From: Verrucomicrobiota bacterium
GTDB taxonomy: Bacteria > Verrucomicrobiota > Verrucomicrobiia > Opitutales > Seribacteraceae
Reading direction: 5' to 3'
Assembly: GCA_027622665.1 (NCBI GenBank)
Contig: JAQBYT010000006.1
Span: forward strand, 64,001 to 128,000
DNA: 64,000 nucleotides
The notes under the pieces were generated by a model. It was given only the letters and a program-made list of their open reading frames with translations. It made no database searches and was not told the origin of the DNA. Shown here in pieces: positions 60,924-64,000 of this stretch (its first letter is position 1; every line of letters begins with the position of its first letter). The translations under genes were made by a program, and so were the position numbers.

Positions 60924-61973
60924 ATGATTATTCCCAAGGCAGGTAAATTGACTCCCAAGCAACTCGCTGAGGTGGAACGCATCGCGGGCGAGTTCGATTG
61001 CTCTATTCTTGAGATAGTTGGGCGCAATCGTTGCATTTACGCTATTCTCGGAGACGAAGGGCGTGAACTCATGTTCAACCGCTTGCGTGGGCTGGACTAT
61101 TTGGCTCGGGTGGACCTGATTGAGTCGCCTTACAAGTCAATGGATCGAAAGTCGGCTCTTGCCGAGCATCAGGTGAAAGTCGGAGACACCTCGGTGGGGG
61201 AGGGCGGTCCTTTTTTCATCGGAGGTCACTGTACCGTCGATCCCGCAGAACCGAATCTTTATCTGGAAACAGCCGCGGCCCTCAAGGAAGTTGGCGTTCA
61301 TGCCTTGCGAGGCGGTGTATGGAAACCGCGTACCAATCCTTATTCCTACCAAGGCGTTTCGAAAGCGCTTGAAATCGTTCTCGAGGCCAAGGCGCGTACC
61401 GGGTTGCCTGTGGACGTCGAGGTGATGGATACGGAACAACTCGAAATAGCTGTGGACGCCGGTGTTGACATTCTCCAGATCGGCACCCGCAACGCCCTCA
61501 ACTATTCCTTGCTTAAGGAAGTGGGCAAGAAGACTGCCGGTTCATCCACAGCCGTCCTTCTCAAGCGTGGTCGCCACATGGCTCCCCCGAATGAGTTCAT
61601 CGCAGCAGCCGAATACATCGTGGCGGCGGGGAACCCGAACGTCATGCTATGTCCGCGTGGTACCATGCCGGCTCTCGATGGCTATCGTAACCAACCAGAC
61701 GAGAGTATTACCCCTTTACTCAAGAACAAAACTTGGGCTCCCATTGTGGTCGATCCTTCCCATAGCGTCGGAAGAGACGAGTACGTCCCTGCTTGCTGCA
61801 TGGCTGCCGTGGCCTACGGTGCCGACGGTCTATGCATCGAGGCTCACATAGACCCTGCCAAGGGTATTGGCGATGACCCAAAGCAAGCGGTCACGCCGGC
61901 AGCTTTTGCGGAAATCATGGCTGCCTGCCGAGATATTTGGCCTCGTCGCTACCAACCCGATTCTTTGGGCTAG
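60924..61973 (+). CDS. aroF: DAHP synthase, type I-beta, with N-terminal regulatory (ACT/ferredoxin-like) domain
   Basis: RGGVWKPRT, LQIGTRN, LLKRG, VDPSH and ADGLCIEAH; start set at ATG 60924. Confidence 0.82.
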   Translation: MIIPKAGKLTPKQLAEVERIAGEFDCSILEIVGRNRCIYAILGDEGRELMFNRLRGLDYLARVDLIESPYKSMDRKSALAEHQVKVGDTSVGEGGPFFIGGHCTVDPAEPNLYLETAAALKEVGVHALRGGVWKPRTNPYSYQGVSKALEIVLEAKARTGLPVDVEVMDTEQLEIAVDAGVDILQIGTRNALNYSLLKEVGKKTAGSSTAVLLKRGRHMAPPNEFIAAAEYIVAAGNPNVMLCPRGTMPALDGYRNQPDESITPLLKNKTWAPIVVDPSHSVGRDEYVPACCMAAVAYGADGLCIEAHIDPAKGIGDDPKQAVTPAAFAEIMAACRDIWPRRYQPDSLG

Positions 61974-61984
61974 GTCGGCTCAAT

Positions 61985-63793
61985 TCAGAACTTAGATTCC
62001 AAGCTTCTCAATTGCAACTGCAGCGCATTCATCTGGAAGTCGCTGCCTGTTTGTCCTTGTGGCGGCATATTCTCGGCGTTTGGGTAACTGCTTTGGGTGT
62101 AATTCTTTGGATACTGGACAACGTACTCCACATTGAGTGTCCGTTTTTCCTTGGGAGCTAGCACCAGATCCCAGCTGAAGAGACCTTTATCATCGGGTGT
62201 GACCTTTGGAGCGATCTTTACCGAACGCACCTTGACCTCATCGTTTTGCGAAACGGGGATACGGTCGGCCAAGCGAACGTTCTTTTCAACGTCGGCAAGG
62301 TTTTCCACCTCGATAATCCAGGAAGCCTGCAATTCCGTCTTGGATGAGAAGCTTGTCTTTCTTTTTTCGCTTTTCGAACGATCCAGAACCCGGGAAACCT
62401 TTACTTCGTCTTCCACTCCCGCATAGAGGGAAAACGCCTCGCCAGGACCAACGAAATCGATAGCGGTAGCTCCGAGAAAATTGGCACCGAAATAGAGCGT
62501 CACCTTGCCCGGAAGCAAGGCTTGCCCTTTTTTGTTGTTCAGTTCGAAAACGCGGGCGGCATTGAGAGATGCCTCGGGTGCGGCCACGATGCGTTCGGTT
62601 CGGTTGAGGCTCAGGTCTCCAATGGGAAGCCGTACGGGTTGGCCGTCGGAGGGTACGGCTTTATCGGCTAAAGCCCGAAAGTGGGCGGTAGTGGCTCTAC
62701 CGCTTATTTTGGCGAAAGTCTGTACGGATTTTTGTTGGATGGCGCCATTCAGGTCTAGATTTCGGATGGCGATACTGTTGTTCGCCACGGGCTTGTTGAA
62801 ATACCACAGGCGGTTCTGCGATTTGTAGTTTCCGAATGCTTGCTGATAGGTGTCTTCCTGCTGCTCCAGCATCTGGACGGAGGCCTTGCGTCCTTGTCCC
62901 ACGAGCAAGGTGTCCAGTTCGGGGATGCGGGCGGTGCGACCTAGATTTTGGGTGGAGAAGGACAGCTTGGGCACACCCCAGTCCTCGCCCGTGGTCTGGC
63001 GGACTACGGCGTAGGAGGAAATGTTGACCATTCCCCCTTTTTCGTCGGCCCTCAATTCATGGGCAGGTTCCCAAGAGGCTCCCGCCAGCAGATAGGTGAG
63101 GATGACGGTGGCTTGGCCTTGGCCTCGTAGGGCGACTTCCACCGCCCGCTCCTCCAGTTGGGCTTTGGAGTTCAATTCGCTTAGGCGCTTCTGTCGCGCG
63201 TTTTGTTCGGGCTGAATTTCCCGTCTTTGCTTTTCGAGAGCTCTAATATCCGTATTCAGTTTGGTCAGTGAGGTTTCGAGGAAGGCAAGGAAATCGACGT
63301 ATTCCGTTACCTTCACTTCCCGGGCTGCCGCGTCCTTTGGGAGTTTGTCGAGGGAGAATACGCGAATGCTTTCCAGATGCTTGCGACGTTGGTCGATGAC
63401 CTTTTGCTTGTCGGAAAGTTCGTTCGTTTTATCGGTGATCTCCTGCACCGCCTCTTGCGCCTTGCGAACTTCCTCGTCCGATGTGGCGGTCAGGTAGGTT
63501 CTGCGAATCTGGACGTCGAGCACTTCTCCCTTGGCCCCGTCTGCAGTCTTAAGGCTGACTCGCACGGACCCCTCGTCGATCCAGCTGGGTAGCTTGGCGA
63601 AGGAAAAGCGGTCTGCCTTTGCGGGCAGGTCCAAGGTGACTTCTCGAGTGACGCGTGCCCGGTCCGCATAGACCGTGACCTCCGTTATTTTCGAATCGAG
63701 TGCCTTGACCTTGGCTTTCTCAGGGGCTTCTTGGGCGCCGATGCCATGGCACAGGATTATCGAGGCGATAAGTGAAAACAGACGTTTCTTCAT
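61985..63793 (-). CDS. MuiA-family (DUF4140 + DUF4139) exported protein
   Basis: SKITEVTVYADRARVTR, coiled coil, QTTGEDW, LLPG and DRIPVS. Confidence 0.88.
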   Translation of the reverse strand: MKKRLFSLIASIILCHGIGAQEAPEKAKVKALDSKITEVTVYADRARVTREVTLDLPAKADRFSFAKLPSWIDEGSVRVSLKTADGAKGEVLDVQIRRTYLTATSDEEVRKAQEAVQEITDKTNELSDKQKVIDQRRKHLESIRVFSLDKLPKDAAAREVKVTEYVDFLAFLETSLTKLNTDIRALEKQRREIQPEQNARQKRLSELNSKAQLEERAVEVALRGQGQATVILTYLLAGASWEPAHELRADEKGGMVNISSYAVVRQTTGEDWGVPKLSFSTQNLGRTARIPELDTLLVGQGRKASVQMLEQQEDTYQQAFGNYKSQNRLWYFNKPVANNSIAIRNLDLNGAIQQKSVQTFAKISGRATTAHFRALADKAVPSDGQPVRLPIGDLSLNRTERIVAAPEASLNAARVFELNNKKGQALLPGKVTLYFGANFLGATAIDFVGPGEAFSLYAGVEDEVKVSRVLDRSKSEKRKTSFSSKTELQASWIIEVENLADVEKNVRLADRIPVSQNDEVKVRSVKIAPKVTPDDKGLFSWDLVLAPKEKRTLNVEYVVQYPKNYTQSSYPNAENMPPQGQTGSDFQMNALQLQLRSLESKF

Positions 63794-63910
63794 AATGATT
63801 TGAATTTGGTTGGAGGAAATCGCGATTATAGGGGATTGCGGAGATAAGTTGTTCGCTGGACGTAAAAGCTTTGTAAAGAAAACGTCATCGAACTCGCCGA
63901 GTCCCTCTCT

Positions 63911-64000
63911 CTATTTATTTTTGGTTTTTTTGGGAGACGGGAATTTAGGGGCTCCGCCGAGGTAGGGAAACTTGTCGAAATCCGGTCCTTTACCGGTCAC
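63911..64000 (-). CDS. 3' end of an upstream gene (partial), possibly a sulfatase tail
   Basis: Hand translation VTGKGPDFDKFPYLGGAPKFPSPKKTKNK*; resembles the FDxYPY tails of some sulfatases. Confidence 0.4.
   Translation of the reverse strand: MTGKGPDFDKFPYLGGAPKFPSPKKTKNK

Overview
Gene-dense bacterial chromosome segment. The protein styles (PQQ-like propellers, sulfatases, a Lys/Ala-rich RpoD N-terminus, a MuiA-family gene) suggest a PVC-superphylum organism, probably Verrucomicrobiota/Opitutales; this is inference only. 1-30 kb is a backbone of housekeeping and catabolic genes: hydroxyproline epimerase plus D-amino-acid dehydrogenase, an ArsB/NhaD permease with a USP-like partner, two sulfatases, tdk, hemG/hemY, yciH, tatA, dnaG-rpoD, PQQ-propeller proteins, acyP, a HlyD-type adaptor and MscS. 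30.5-57.2 kb is a 24-gene, single-strand, compositionally mosaic glycan-biosynthesis island. It carries a CDP-sugar core (rfbF/rfbG/rfbC), three C-methyltransferase-family genes, O-methyltransferases, two aminotransferases and three glycosyltransferases. It also has a putative higher-carbon or branched sugar module: GmhA-like SIS protein, reversed HldE-like fusion, split transketolase, Zn-dehydrogenase and a HAD-kinase fusion. No flippase, polymerase or ABC exporter is visible. A divergent orphan sigma-54 activator follows, then a candidate 6S-like structured RNA, a MORN-repeat lipoprotein, an FGE-domain protein, a divergent DAHP synthase and a MuiA-family gene. No tRNA, rRNA, CRISPR array or transposase was recognised. 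All calls come from motif reading by eye; no searches were run.
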